Shown: positions 53,177 through 64,000 of the stretch, piece by piece | Layout: the number at the start of each line of letters is the position of its first letter | Numbering within the stretch: the stretch's first letter is position 1 | DNA from: Lytechinus pictus | Taxonomy: Eukaryota | DNA length: 64,000 nt | NCBI RefSeq assembly: GCF_037042905.1 | Contig: NC_087251.1 | Location: 42,038,001-42,102,000 of the forward strand | Direction of reading: 5' to 3' | Made by a program: the position numbers and the translations under genes | The notes under the pieces: model-generated | Database searches by the model: none | What the model was told of the DNA's origin: nothing | Seen by the model: only the letters and a program-made list of their open reading frames with translations

Positions 53177-56100
53177 GTGAATAACATTTTATTTCCATGA
53201 TGATTTATTACAGTCACGAGTCAGCGCAGCTCTTAGACAGCTGGCAGCCGTCTGTTTCGAGGAGTTTTTTAACTTTTTTTTTAACGGAGTTCAGCTGAAC
53301 AACCAACATAACAGAGACCGAAGCTTTTGGTCTACGCAGCTCTATACTATAGTGGATCATATTCCCGAACACTTTTCATGAATTCAAAACAATATTCTCA
53401 TAAACTTCACCAAACTTTCACCATAAACACTCAAATACTTAGTAACTTACAAAATATAAACATGTAAAATTTTTGCTGAAATCATTTTTCTTTTTCATGA
53501 TATTATCAGCTTCCAATCTACCTCAAGCGAAGTTCGTGCAGGTGTCACTCCACTTCACTACCGCTACACTATGCTCCACCTACCCGAACTTCGAGACCGT
53601 GAACTCGATCTGATATTCCGAGTGACAAAGGTGGGATTTTATGGGGGGAAAATATAAAATTCATGCAACATCACAATCTTTAAAAACAAGTAAAACTAAT
53701 ATTGTTACTTTACACAAAGTTTCACTTCTTTTCCATGCTTCTATCAGTCTCAAAATTGGTGATTTAGAGCCAACGTGAAGTTCCTCACACGTATAAATAA
53801 TTTGCTGCCGATTTCAAAACATCGCATGTGCGAGGGTCCAAGCTCGGACCGGACCCTGTACCTCGCGCATATCGCATCCGCATGCGATGTTTTGAAATTG
53901 GCAGCGAATTATTTATACGTGTGAGGAACTTCATGTTGGCTCTAAATCACCAATTTTGAGACTGATAGAAGCATGGAAAAGAAGTGAAACTTTGTGTAAA
54001 GTAACAATATTAGTTTTACATGTACTTGTATTTAAAGATCGTGATGTTGCATGAATTTTATATTTTCCCCCCATAAAATCCCACCTTTGTCACTCGGAAT
54101 ATCAGATAGAGTTCATGGTCTCGAAGTTCGGGTAGGTGGAGCGTAGTGTAGCGGTAGTGAAGTGGAGTGGAGCCTGCATGAACTTCGCTCGAGGTACTTC
54201 CAATCAGACCCTCAAACTTCGCATGTGAAATATTTTGGTCACTTGAAAATGGTATGATATCATCACCGAACGTGTGTTTTCTATGGGTAAAGTTGAGAAA
54301 ACAAAATCACTGATGAGCTATTTACCATAATGTATTATTTTGTGAATATGAAGACTTTTTAAACGTGTTTTTGACAATTTTTCTAATCAAGTTCCCTTTG
54401 GAAGGATGTTGAAAAACTTTTGAGCGTATGAAATTATTACTGACACGTATTATGTGCACGTTCAGTAATACGAGGCCGGTTGGTAATACAATCACTCACT
54501 ATACAAGTCAGATCAACATTAGATTTATTAGATCTGAGTTGAACCTGGTAGATGTACTAGGTAGTAATTATTGGGGAAATGGGTCGATGTTTAATATTGT
54601 TATCAATTACTGGTTAAATTGAGATATCAAGACAAAAGTGCTAGTTGGTACTTGGTTCTTACTCTAAATAAACGCCACCCATCAGTTTATAATTTGAATG
54701 TTATTTCCGAAAGATCTCCAGATTTATAAAGCAAAATAATTGCAAACTTTTAATTTAATAAGAATATAGTGAGAATTATATGTCAAACATTTTCCCTGGC
54801 TCCCCTACTTTTAACAAGGTTCAAGATCTTGAGGTCCTTGAGTTCTTGAAGAGAGGAATTGCAAGGCATAATTTCTGGAGGCATTTCCAGCAAGTACATT
54901 ACCATTATGTATGGTAGTGGATCGTATTACCGAACACTTCATGAATTCAATCATATCAAACACATTATTCTCATAAAATTCACCAAACTTTCACCATAAA
55001 TACACAATTACCTAAAAATATAAATATGTAAAAATTTTGCCGAAATCGTTTTTCCTTTTTACGATATTAGCTTCCAATCGGACCCCTCTTCGCATGTGAA
55101 AAATTTTGGTCACTTGAAAAAGGTATCGTATTACCGAACGTGTGTTTTCTATGGGAAAAGTTGAGAAAACAACAAAATCACTGATGAGCTATTTTGACCA
55201 TATTTTATTATTTTTAGAATATTAAGACTTTGAAAATGTGTTTTGACCATTTTTCATCATCTTTCTATTTAAGTTATCTTTGGAAGGATGTTGCAAAATT
55301 TTGAGCGTATGAAATTATTTTCTGATGCGTATGAATGCGCGCGTTCGGTAATACAAGGCCGGTCGGTAATACAAGCACTCACTATACATGTGTCATGAAT
55401 TAAGACAAGATCTAGGGCAACCAAAGGTGATAGATCATGAGCAATGATAATATGATGATGATGTTGATGAGTGCAGTGATTATTGATATGAATGAATTGG
55501 TATGCAATGTTCATTATAACAGATGACAATTCTCTTTTTATCCTTTTCCAGAGTACATGCAGCTGTATTAGTTGTAGACATAACCTGTAGGTTTGTCTTA
55601 TTACTTGCCTGACCAAAACTAACCATAAAACTTTATTTTTTCAAATGAAGATGAATGTTTTTGATAAATCTCATTCATGTAGCTATTCATGTTAGAAAAA
55701 CAAAAGACATGCACTACCAGCCATCTGTACACTCACCTTAAACCTATTTCAGATAAATTTCAAATTTGAATATCATAAGGAAAAATCAACAAATGACAAA
55801 TTAATCTGGTCTTCAGTTTCAATTATTGTAGAGCAATGCCATTTTTCTTTTAGACACATTTCTAAATTGCAGCACGTGAGAAAGGGCACAAGAAATCAAT
55901 AAGGTCAATATAAAGAGGGGCATCAAAGCCAATCAACAGGTTATCCACTGCCATACATGGCATCCAATGGCCTTGCGTTAGTCTGCAAGTACAGACTCGA
56001 ATTTGACACTTTAATTAAAACCATGTCTAGAGTTAAGACTAGACTCCAAACTCTCTGTTTGAGCCAGCCATAGTACAGTGAATCTAGTCTCACTACTTCA

Positions 56101-59100
56101 GACTCTGCATTAATATGCATTATGCACTTTGCAAATTGTGAAAGCAAAGGGTCTGTGCCTGCAGACTAGCTTTGATCAAGTTCAGCCCTGAATACATGCT
56201 GAAAAAAAATGAAATGAAAATTATCCCCCTGTTATCATATTCTTACAGATTCACTACCCCCGAGTATCCACTCCTTTACAAAGATGCCCCTGAACAGAGG
56301 TTTCAGAGCATAGCAACATCTTCAGAGGAACTGAAAGAATTCTTGGTGGAAATTGACAAACTCTTTGATGGTTCCCAATCTGATCACCAGGAAGCCCTTC
56401 GGAGAATGCTAGCTAAAGAGTCTCAGGTATGCCCCTACTTCAGCCCCCTTTATTGTACAAAGTACTAGAAAAATTACAAAGTATTACAAAGTATTAGAAA
56501 TTGAATATTGATTTTGATGATACTTGAAAATCTGGCTCCATATATTTTTAAAATTTTAATGGGGGATGGAACTCTTGCCAAAAATCCACGCTTGTTTACC
56601 GGTAATCAATAAGTTTTCTTTTACTTGTTGAAAATTATCAATAATTTATTTGACATTTTGTACAATAAAAAAAGTATCTTTGAATTTGATGAGTTTTTAA
56701 ATTTCTTAAAATTTGAAAACGATTGTCAAATAGAAAATTACATCACCTAAACCATCAGAGATAAACTTTGGAGATCTGTACTATCTATGTAAATGTATCC
56801 AATGTTTTTTCTTAGAAGTGAATCTGAAAAAAAAAGAAGAAATGTAATGTATTGAGCAACGTCCATGTTTCTATCCCCCTTTAGTATTCGTCAGAGTCAG
56901 AATTCTTATGGCGGTTAACAAGGGCTAAGGTCTTAGTCTCTGAGGTTTGTAGAATTGAAGGTAATGATGAGGAGCGCAAGAGACTTGTTTTTGAAGGTAA
57001 GAAATTGAGTAAAATTATGTAAAGAAAAAAATCCAGAAGGAAAATTATTGTAAAATGATTGGCATGCTTGCTTTTTTCATCATTAAATGAATAAATATCC
57101 AGTCTGTAATTAAGATAATGTTCTTTGTTCGACAGTCATGAAATTACCTGTTTCGGTACAATATGCATTCACTTGCGAGGCTGCAGGCTTCATTAGGCCT
57201 TCATTGTAGATGGTTTTTCTGATATAGCATAATGATGGTGAAAAGAGAATGATATTTGATGTCATCGAACCAATCGTATCTGAACCTTTTTAATTGATCC
57301 AGCCGTTAATAGTTATGGTGTGCTTTATTACATCAAGGCATTATGAGATATCAACATCAATTCTTGTCGCTATACTTTCTAACCTTTAGTAAGTAATCAT
57401 CAAAATCTCTATCAGAAATAAACTTTGCAATTCAATGTAATCAGAGTTGCCAATCAGTAGGATTTTCATCCTATTAAGTAGGATTTTAAGTGGAAAGTGA
57501 CATTAAATTTTATTTCCCCCCAGAAATAGGAGTTTTGAAACTTGTAAGAATGACATAATTTTAAGAAAATGGGATATTAGGCTTGAAAATGAGATGAAAA
57601 GAAATCAAGAAAAAAAAATCACCTGGCTTGAGTCATTATGTTCATTTTTCAGAATATGTAAACACTAAAAAAGAAAACTTCACCAAAAGTTGCTAAAATT
57701 TCATGTTTTGCGTCTTTAAATAAAAATGGGAATCTATTTTCTGTTTCTTATTTTTCACAGTTTTGGTTGGTAGCTCTGTGTCATGGTCATTTTTCATCAT
57801 TACCACAATAATTGTATGTTTAGTGACTGTTAAAGTAGGTTTGACTTAATGATTATATTTTCATTGCAGGAAGGGAGCATGCTAAGCGTGCAATAGATCT
57901 GAATGATGAGAGTTCGGATAGTCATAAATACTATGCAATCACTCAGGGTATTATAACAGATTGGGTGTCTTTCTCAGAAGCAGCTTCACTTGGCAATGAG
58001 TACAAGGTAGGTGTTCTGATAGTCATAAATACTATGCAATCACTCAGGGTGTGCTGTCACATGATGTAGTTTTGACCAATCAATGATAAGAATGTTTTTG
58101 TAAGGTTAGCGTTAATATATCAATTATAAACAGTGACAATATAAGATTGTAGACAAATATAAATGAACTCACCAGCTTTTGAGTACTTGCTGCGGGAATA
58201 GTTGATAGATTCTCCCAATGTAAAAGAATTCTGATAATATCAATTCACATATTCAAATCATATCTCAGGCCTGATGGCATGATGTCTGTTAACAACAGCA
58301 GTGCGAAATACATGTATGATACAAATGAAGAGTATGGAGGTCATGCTGCAATGACGTCTGCACACGAGAGGCCTTGACATACATGTAGTGCGTTGCGATG
58401 ACAGTGAGTGAAGCATTCTCCATAATGATATTGCGCAGCTCTCAATAGATAACACAAGCAATGATAATTCAGAGATGTTAATCAAAGATTCAACTAAAAA
58501 GCTTGTTCTCATGATGATGAAAATCCAATGTGTAATAATCCACAAATGTTGACAAGCTTCTTGCTGAGTTAAGAGAGAATAAGGGTGACAACTGACAAGG
58601 AGATGACTTTGTAATGTCCACTCTAAGTGGATGCAGTGAAGTGAAGTATGCTTATCAAATGGGGTTTCTCTCATGCTTTAATCTGGTGTGGTTGTTGCTA
58701 ATTGAGGAACATGTAGTAACAGTAGCTGATGGAAAATGTTAAACATTCCTTTGCTGTCAAAAGTACACTGTTGACTGTGTAATGTACACTGTTGATGGTA
58801 TAAAGATACATTGTTGACTATATAAAGATACATTCCTGACCATTACTGAACAATGAAGCTCAGACCAGTGGTTGCACAAAAGAATCAAGTTGAATAGAAC
58901 AAAAATCTGTCTTTCGATTGCATGATCAGATTAATTCAGGTGTTGATCAAGCTTTGATCATACTCAGACAAAGAAAAAATACAGCTTGTTGCTCCAGAAT
59001 ACAAAATCACCAAGCCTAAGGTTGAATTGTGGTAACCTTAATAATTGACAATCTGAATGTTGTATGTCATCAAAATTATTTGTGAAATAATAACATTTTG

Positions 59101-62100
59101 TGGTATGTGTACAAGTAAAGTGATAATGAATGTGTTGGGAAGTATGGTGTTGAGGAAACCAATCATTGTCATACTCACTATTTGTTTCATATTTCATTAT
59201 ATGAAATGTGACATATTTAAAATCATTCCTTCATTAATATAAGACTTTGGTGTGATTCCCCATGGAAATGTGTGGAGCGTTGTGGCTCAGTGGATAAGTC
59301 TTCTGACTTTGAAACAGAGGGTCGTGGGTTCGAATCCCAGCCATGGCGTAATTTCCTTCAGCAAGAAATTTATCCACATTGTGCTGCACTCGACCCAGGT
59401 GAGGTGAATGGGTACCCGGCAGGATTAATTTCTTGAATGCATGAGTGCTGAAAGGCAGCTCGAGCTAAAGCCGGGGTAATAGTAATAATAACAACCCGCC
59501 TCGGTATAGAATATTTCTAGATAGATGGCACTATATAAATGCCTATTATTATTATCAAATGTCAAATAAATGTATTATGATTTATCAATATTTGGTCTTC
59601 ATCCTTTGTATCCTCAAATCGCTGAAATTGAAATAATTGATGATAAAGTACAAAAGAAATAATGAATGTCTTCCTCATTTGCATACCGACAGGGAGTGCA
59701 TTCAGCCATTTTGTTTCATTGTGCAAAGCTTTCTTGTTTTACATTTGAATTTGATAAAAATGCAATGTTTGTCTAATTTTCTCTATTTTCTTTTCATCTT
59801 GTCAAGGTAGATTAGGCCTTTAATATATGAACAAGGTACCGGTATTGATTAATTCTGTCTCATTTTTTAATTATTTTTTTTTATCAGCAACATATAGAGA
59901 GAGCATTGGAGTTAAGACCGGAAGAGCCCTACCTCAATCATCTATATGGCAGGTTCCTTTTTAGTGTAAGCATTCTGAATTTGACCAGTAGATCGGTCTT
60001 TGAAGTCTGAATATTTCAGGTTGTCTCAATTTGATCAAATCAGTCCATTATCACTCAAATTTACTTGCATTTACTTGTAGAATGTATGTGATATGTCCAT
60101 TCTTACATATCAGAGTATTGACCCTGAGGGTTAATTGACTTGGTTCGACCAGTTAATCTATCATTCATAATTTAGTTTAGCATACTTAAAACATCAAATT
60201 TAGAATGGCTGAATTAAGTATAGGTAACCTTATAAGCATTCTTTTGTATTAATATTGATTTTGTGGTTGTTGAATGAAATTATTCAATAATTCAACTTCT
60301 GTCCCTAAAGTAGTTTATCAATATAAACTGAAATACAATCAATTTGTTTAGCTTATTAAGTCAGCTTTGTCATGTTATATGTTCAGTAGTCAGTAAACTT
60401 GGAGGACACTTAACGCAAATAATTCTATGTCAATGTTTATAAAACAAGACCTACTTATGCCTAAGATTGATTTTTCAGTCTTAATAGATTAAGCTGAAGC
60501 TTAAATTTTTGGAGTAAAATCAATCTCTTCATGAAATAATGTCAATTAGTTCATGATGATACAATTTTTTATGTGAATGAAATTGCTTATGTGAAAATAA
60601 TGTATTGTGTATGATAGTAATAATCATAAAATCACTGACTTGTTTTTCTTTGTGAACCCCCCCCCCCCCTTTAGATTGCCAATTTAGGGTGGATGCAACG
60701 AAAGGCTGCTGTTATGATGTATGGTCTGTCTCAAAGTCTCAGTCTAGATGACGCCCTCGCTTGGTTTGAAAAGGCAGAGGAACTTCAACCCAGTTTTTCC
60801 AATCTCAATCCATTCTATTCAGCAAAAGTGAGTATGATATTCATTCAACATTGTGATAAAATCAATACATGAATATGCACCTGTTCACATATTTTTATGA
60901 ATGGAGCTTATTCAATATTTACTATCCCCAACTCGTAACTCTGCATTATACCTCGGTCACATTTGCTCTACGAGGGCCGAATTTCGACTCGCCGTAGAGC
61001 AAATGTGACCGTGGTATTAAAGTTAATTTAAAAAAATGACAAAGCTTAACATATTCCTTGCATCAAAAGTAGTGTGATTTCAATCCCTCAGAAATTTTCA
61101 AAGAAGTGGAGAAATATTTTTTCTCTAAATTATATCAAGCCACACACTAAACTCTACCCTTTTTAAGATGTTTTTTTATTTCATGACTTTGAGCCTTATT
61201 CAGGGCCTGTACTTGATATGAAATAAGTTTTATAACCTAACATGGATTGAGAATGGTCATATTCATTTATGAAATTTGTATATTAAATGTCACAGCTGAT
61301 TGAATATGCATTATTGAGCTTACATTTGCAAAATTGATTTGAATATTTGAGATATTTATTTTTTTGTGTGCATGTAAGTGATATGTTAATTCAGGTTGAA
61401 TTAAAATATGGGATTCGTAGACTGAAGCTCATAGCTGATTGCATTTTTGATAGACATGAAATGAAAAGGAGGAGGGAAGGGTGTCCCAATCAAATGCATA
61501 ATTCTTTTAAAGTTTTCTTTGAACATTCTTTTTTCAAATGGGTAGATAATCCACTTGAGGCTTCTTAACAAATGCCTTGAGCCGCACTTTCAGCGAGAAT
61601 CTCAATATTTTGGATTGTGTCTTACCACATCTAATCCTCCCCATACACAAGACAATTGGGAATGTCAGGAGAGCTGCTGGAAAGACACCAAGTGAAATTC
61701 CTGTTAAAAGTAAAAAAAAGATGATAGGGATATAATTGGTAAGGTGTCTGATGCATCATTTTCAACATTCATTAACAGTGTTACATTGCCAAAGGACAAA
61801 CTGACGTTGCAGTGGAATTCTTGCGCAAGGCCATTTCCGATCCTGGCAAGAGTTTTGAGGTGTGTACAAGATGGTGTAGCAGTCTTACGATCCTGTATAT
61901 TGAAATATTCCTGTGCAAATGATTTGCTGTGTCATCCAAATTATTCACTTGAGATGAGGAAGAAATACAGTGTAGAATAATATTTCATATGACCTATATC
62001 CTATTTCAATTTCTAATATCTGATAAGGAGTAGGTAAATATCTCACGAAACATAGAAGGGAACATCAATACTAAGGTGTATTTAGATGCATAGAGTGTAC

Positions 62101-62569
62101 CATCCCCCTTTATGCCTAGGTTATTGCTTGAGGCATTATGTTTTTGGACCATCCTACCATCTGTTTTACCTTTGTAAGTATTCTTGTGACTTCAAAGAAT
62201 ATATAAGTATGAATACTATCATTGTTAATTTACGTCACAGATACATTGCTTTGTATAAGAGTGGTACAGTCAAATTTCATTGCAAATGTTTTACTTTGAA
62301 GAAAAAAAAACACTTAAAGAGTTAGCAATTTTCCTTTGGCTCCTGGGGCCTGTTCCATAAAACTTTTGCCATAAAAAAATTTGGCAAACAAAAATAATGC
62401 CATTGACACTTATACATTAAAACACTCCGGCCAAAAAAATGCCATTGTTTTTCTTTTATGCAACAGGCCCCTGTAGTCATTCTTTATTATATTATATTTT
62501 TTCTGTATCTGTCTGCAGGAACACGAAGTACGACAAGAAGCGAAGGAACTTCTTCAGAAGTATGAATGA
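52818..62569 (+). CDS. RMDN3: Regulator of microtubule dynamics protein (RMDN2/3, PTPIP51/FAM82-like), 8 coding exons, 382 aa; paralog assignment uncertain
   Basis: join(52818-53176, 56249-56426, 56885-56996, 57870-58006, 59888-59965, 60675-60827, 61779-61859, 62519-62569) = 1149 nt. All introns are GT-AG with consistent phases. Family motifs: EFLWRLTRA, HKYYAI, HIERALELRP, LGWMQRKAA, FEKAEELQP, AKCY. Confidence 0.92.
53348..54503 (+). mobile_element. ~480-bp repeat (probable MITE), copy 1, interrupted by the 678-bp palindrome
   Basis: TATAGTG...CACTATA ends. Colinear with 54915-55386 once 53519-54205 is removed. Confidence 0.75.
53519..54196. mobile_element. 678-bp palindromic (foldback/Mutator-like) MITE in RMDN intron 1
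   Basis: ~310-bp inverted arms (TACCTC...GAGGTA) with a ~50-bp spacer. The 9-bp TSD CTTCCAATC lies at 53510-18 and 54197-205. Confidence 0.92.
54915..55386 (+). mobile_element. ~470-bp repeat, copy 2 (uninterrupted)
   Basis: Homologous to 53348-54503, with a single CTTCCAATC at 55071-79. Confidence 0.75.
56249..56426 (+). CDS. RMDN3: RMDN-like coding exon 2
   Basis: ttacAG| (G)FTTPEYP...EIDKLFDG...AKESQ |GTATGC. Confidence 0.9.
56885..56996 (+). CDS. RMDN3: RMDN-like coding exon 3
   Basis: tttAG| YSSESEFLWRLTRAK...KRLVFE(G) |GTAAGA. Confidence 0.92.
57870..58006 (+). CDS. RMDN3: RMDN-like coding exon 4
   Basis: ttgcAG| REHAKRAIDLNDESSDSHKYYAITQG...GNEYK |GTAGGT. Confidence 0.92.
59070..59823. 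mobile_element. Highly degenerate Kolobok-like MITE interrupted by a SINE
   Basis: Shares ACTCACTATTT...TTATATGAAATGTGA and CATTTGCATAC motifs with the three younger copies and ends CCTTTAA. The left boundary is approximate. Confidence 0.45.
59274..59555 (+). mobile_element. Full-length tRNA-derived SINE with L2-like tail
   Basis: A box TGGCTCAGTGG (59283-93), B box GGTTCGAATCC (59327-37), core ACCCAGGTG..AATGGGTACC, and tail GCACTATATAAAT..(TAT)n. Confidence 0.9.
59888..59965 (+). CDS. RMDN3: RMDN-like coding exon 5
   Basis: atcAG| QHIERALELRPEEPYLNHLYGRFLFS |GTAAGC. Confidence 0.92.
60675..60827 (+). CDS. RMDN3: RMDN-like coding exon 6
   Basis: tttAG| IANLGWMQRKAAVMMYG...FEKAEELQP...YSAK |GTGAGT. 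Confidence 0.92.
60948..61017. repeat. 70-bp hairpin, probable collapsed MITE
   Basis: ATACCTCGGTCACATTTGCTCTACG pairs with CGTAGAGCAAATGTGACCGTGGTAT (1 mismatch), with a 20-nt loop. Confidence 0.8.
61779..61859 (+). CDS. RMDN3: RMDN-like coding exon 7
   Basis: aacAG| CYIAKGQTDVAVEFLRKAISDPGKSFE |GTGTGT, phase 0/0. Confidence 0.88.
62346..62470. mobile_element. 125-bp PIF/Harbinger-like MITE
   Basis: CTG-GGGCCTGTTCCATAAAA ... TTTTATGCAACAGGCCC-CTG (3-bp CWG flanks). Confidence 0.7.
62519..62569 (+). CDS. RMDN3: RMDN-like terminal coding exon 8
   Basis: ctgcAG| EHEVRQEAKELLQKYE* (TGA at 62567-69). Confidence 0.88.
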   Translation, partial: EHEVRQEAKELLQKYE

Positions 62570-62934
62570 GATCGGATAGAGGTTCGAAGAAAGTACGACA
62601 AGAAGCACAGGAACTTCTGCAGGGATATGAATGAGGTCAGATAGAGGGTTAAAGGTCTACAAACCATGCTGCTCAACTAGCACAAAACAAAGATACATCT
62701 TGGTTATCATGCATGTTTACAAATCCCACCCATCCATAGGCGTAAATATTTGATGTTTGCTTGAATTTATGCCAGTGCTCCCATCTATTCAGATGTATGA
62801 ATGTGCTATCCCATTTGTCTATCGTGTGATTTGTCATTGTATGATATTACATGATAACTAGCTTAGATAGAATTAAGGTCCCTTCATAGCAAAATTATGT
62901 AAATTAATAAGGTGGTTACAAATCCAGTTTGTGT

Positions 62935-62940
62935 AATAAA
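62935..62940 (+). terminator. Candidate polyadenylation signal of the RMDN-like gene
   Basis: First AATAAA after the stop, followed by a GT/T-rich tract. Another AATAAA lies near 63769. Confidence 0.35.
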
Positions 62941-64000
62941 CCAGTGTTTATTTGTATTCAAGTTAAATGAGTATTTATAATTCTGAAACATAATTACTAT
63001 GAAATATTGATATAATTGTGTATTATTTTTCTATTTCAGGGATTGATAACCATTTTGTAAGTATTTCTCTAGAGACTCTAAGAGGCTTTAATGGCAACTT
63101 CTTAAAGAGGAGGGGGTTTTGGACCTTTTCAATTCTCCTTCCATAGGGGTAATACAGAGACCCTTTTGCTTGTATAGTTCTAAGATGATGGGAAAGTTTA
63201 CCTGTGATAAAGAAAATAACAAAGAAAATAGAATAATAAGCAAATAATCACTGTTGGTGAAGGTGATGGGCAAACTATCACTTACGAGGCAAGCTAGATG
63301 GGGAAAGATAGCTATATCCATCTTTCTGAGGAAGTGATAGTTTGCCTCTTAACTTGAAATCAAGAGTTGATCATATGCTTTATATTCCACATGGAGAACC
63401 ACTATAAGAAGGAAGTTTGATTTAAAAAAATAATTGAGTCGTATGTATACATATTTATACCTTAGGCTATAAAAGAAGGTATTTATTGGAACTGCAATCA
63501 ACTTGGGAATCTACACTGACGTGAGCATATATTGCAGTCATATGTAAACTTGTTCATAGAGTCCTGCCTCACTTTATGAATAGGTGTATGAAACACCCTC
63601 CTTGGAGGATCTTAGTAGCAGGTTTTATACAAAATATTCAAATGATTTCTTTTACTTGGAACTACTCTATGATACATTAAAATTGGTATAATATTTTGGG
63701 GGGTTATTTTCCTTTTCATGATTAATTTGTCATTTGTGTATATATTGTTTAGTAAATTGAGAAATATAAATAAATTTTTGAACTTATCTGAACTGAAAAT
63801 GTTATGAAAAAATTTATAAAAATGATATCATTGACAGATTTTAAGTTGAACAGCTCTGTTAATCAATATGAATTAACTGTTGGGTAAAGAGCTTTTTAAT
63901 GACCGATGCCATGCTAACTAATTAAATTTTTACCATTTATCTATGACTGCTGCTTTATCACCTAAGCCAAAATGATTCAATTCAATTTTATTGTTTAACC

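Noticed and set aside
59274..59345. tRNA gene
   Set aside because: It has A and B boxes but continues into a SINE body and tail, and a related decayed copy exists at 27700-28002.

Overview
This is eukaryotic, AT-rich genomic DNA. The repeat vocabulary suggests a marine invertebrate, most likely a sea urchin (inference). It is not prokaryotic, and almost all ORFs in the supplied track are spurious. One complete spliced gene is well supported: an 8-coding-exon RMDN2/3 (PTPIP51/FAM82)-like gene on + at 52818-62569, 382 aa, with an N-terminal membrane anchor, coiled coil, FFAT-like motif and TPR domain. The most striking structure is a 7.6-kb non-coding foldback (Mutator/FB-like) element at 45122-52716 with a 9-bp target-site duplication (TSD, GGAAAATAT). 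It has kilobase-scale modular inverted arms containing 70-bp tandem arrays, a CpG-poor spacer and a nested 5'-truncated I/Nimb-type LINE, and it ends about 100 bp upstream of the RMDN start codon. Intron 1 of the gene holds a second, 678-bp palindromic element with a 9-bp TSD whose empty site is visible in a neighbouring paralogous repeat. Positions ~5.3-45 kb contain no recognisable coding exon. They carry MITEs (Kolobok-, hAT-, CACTA- and Tc1-like), a SINE, LINE fragments, minisatellites and candidate cis-regulatory clusters.
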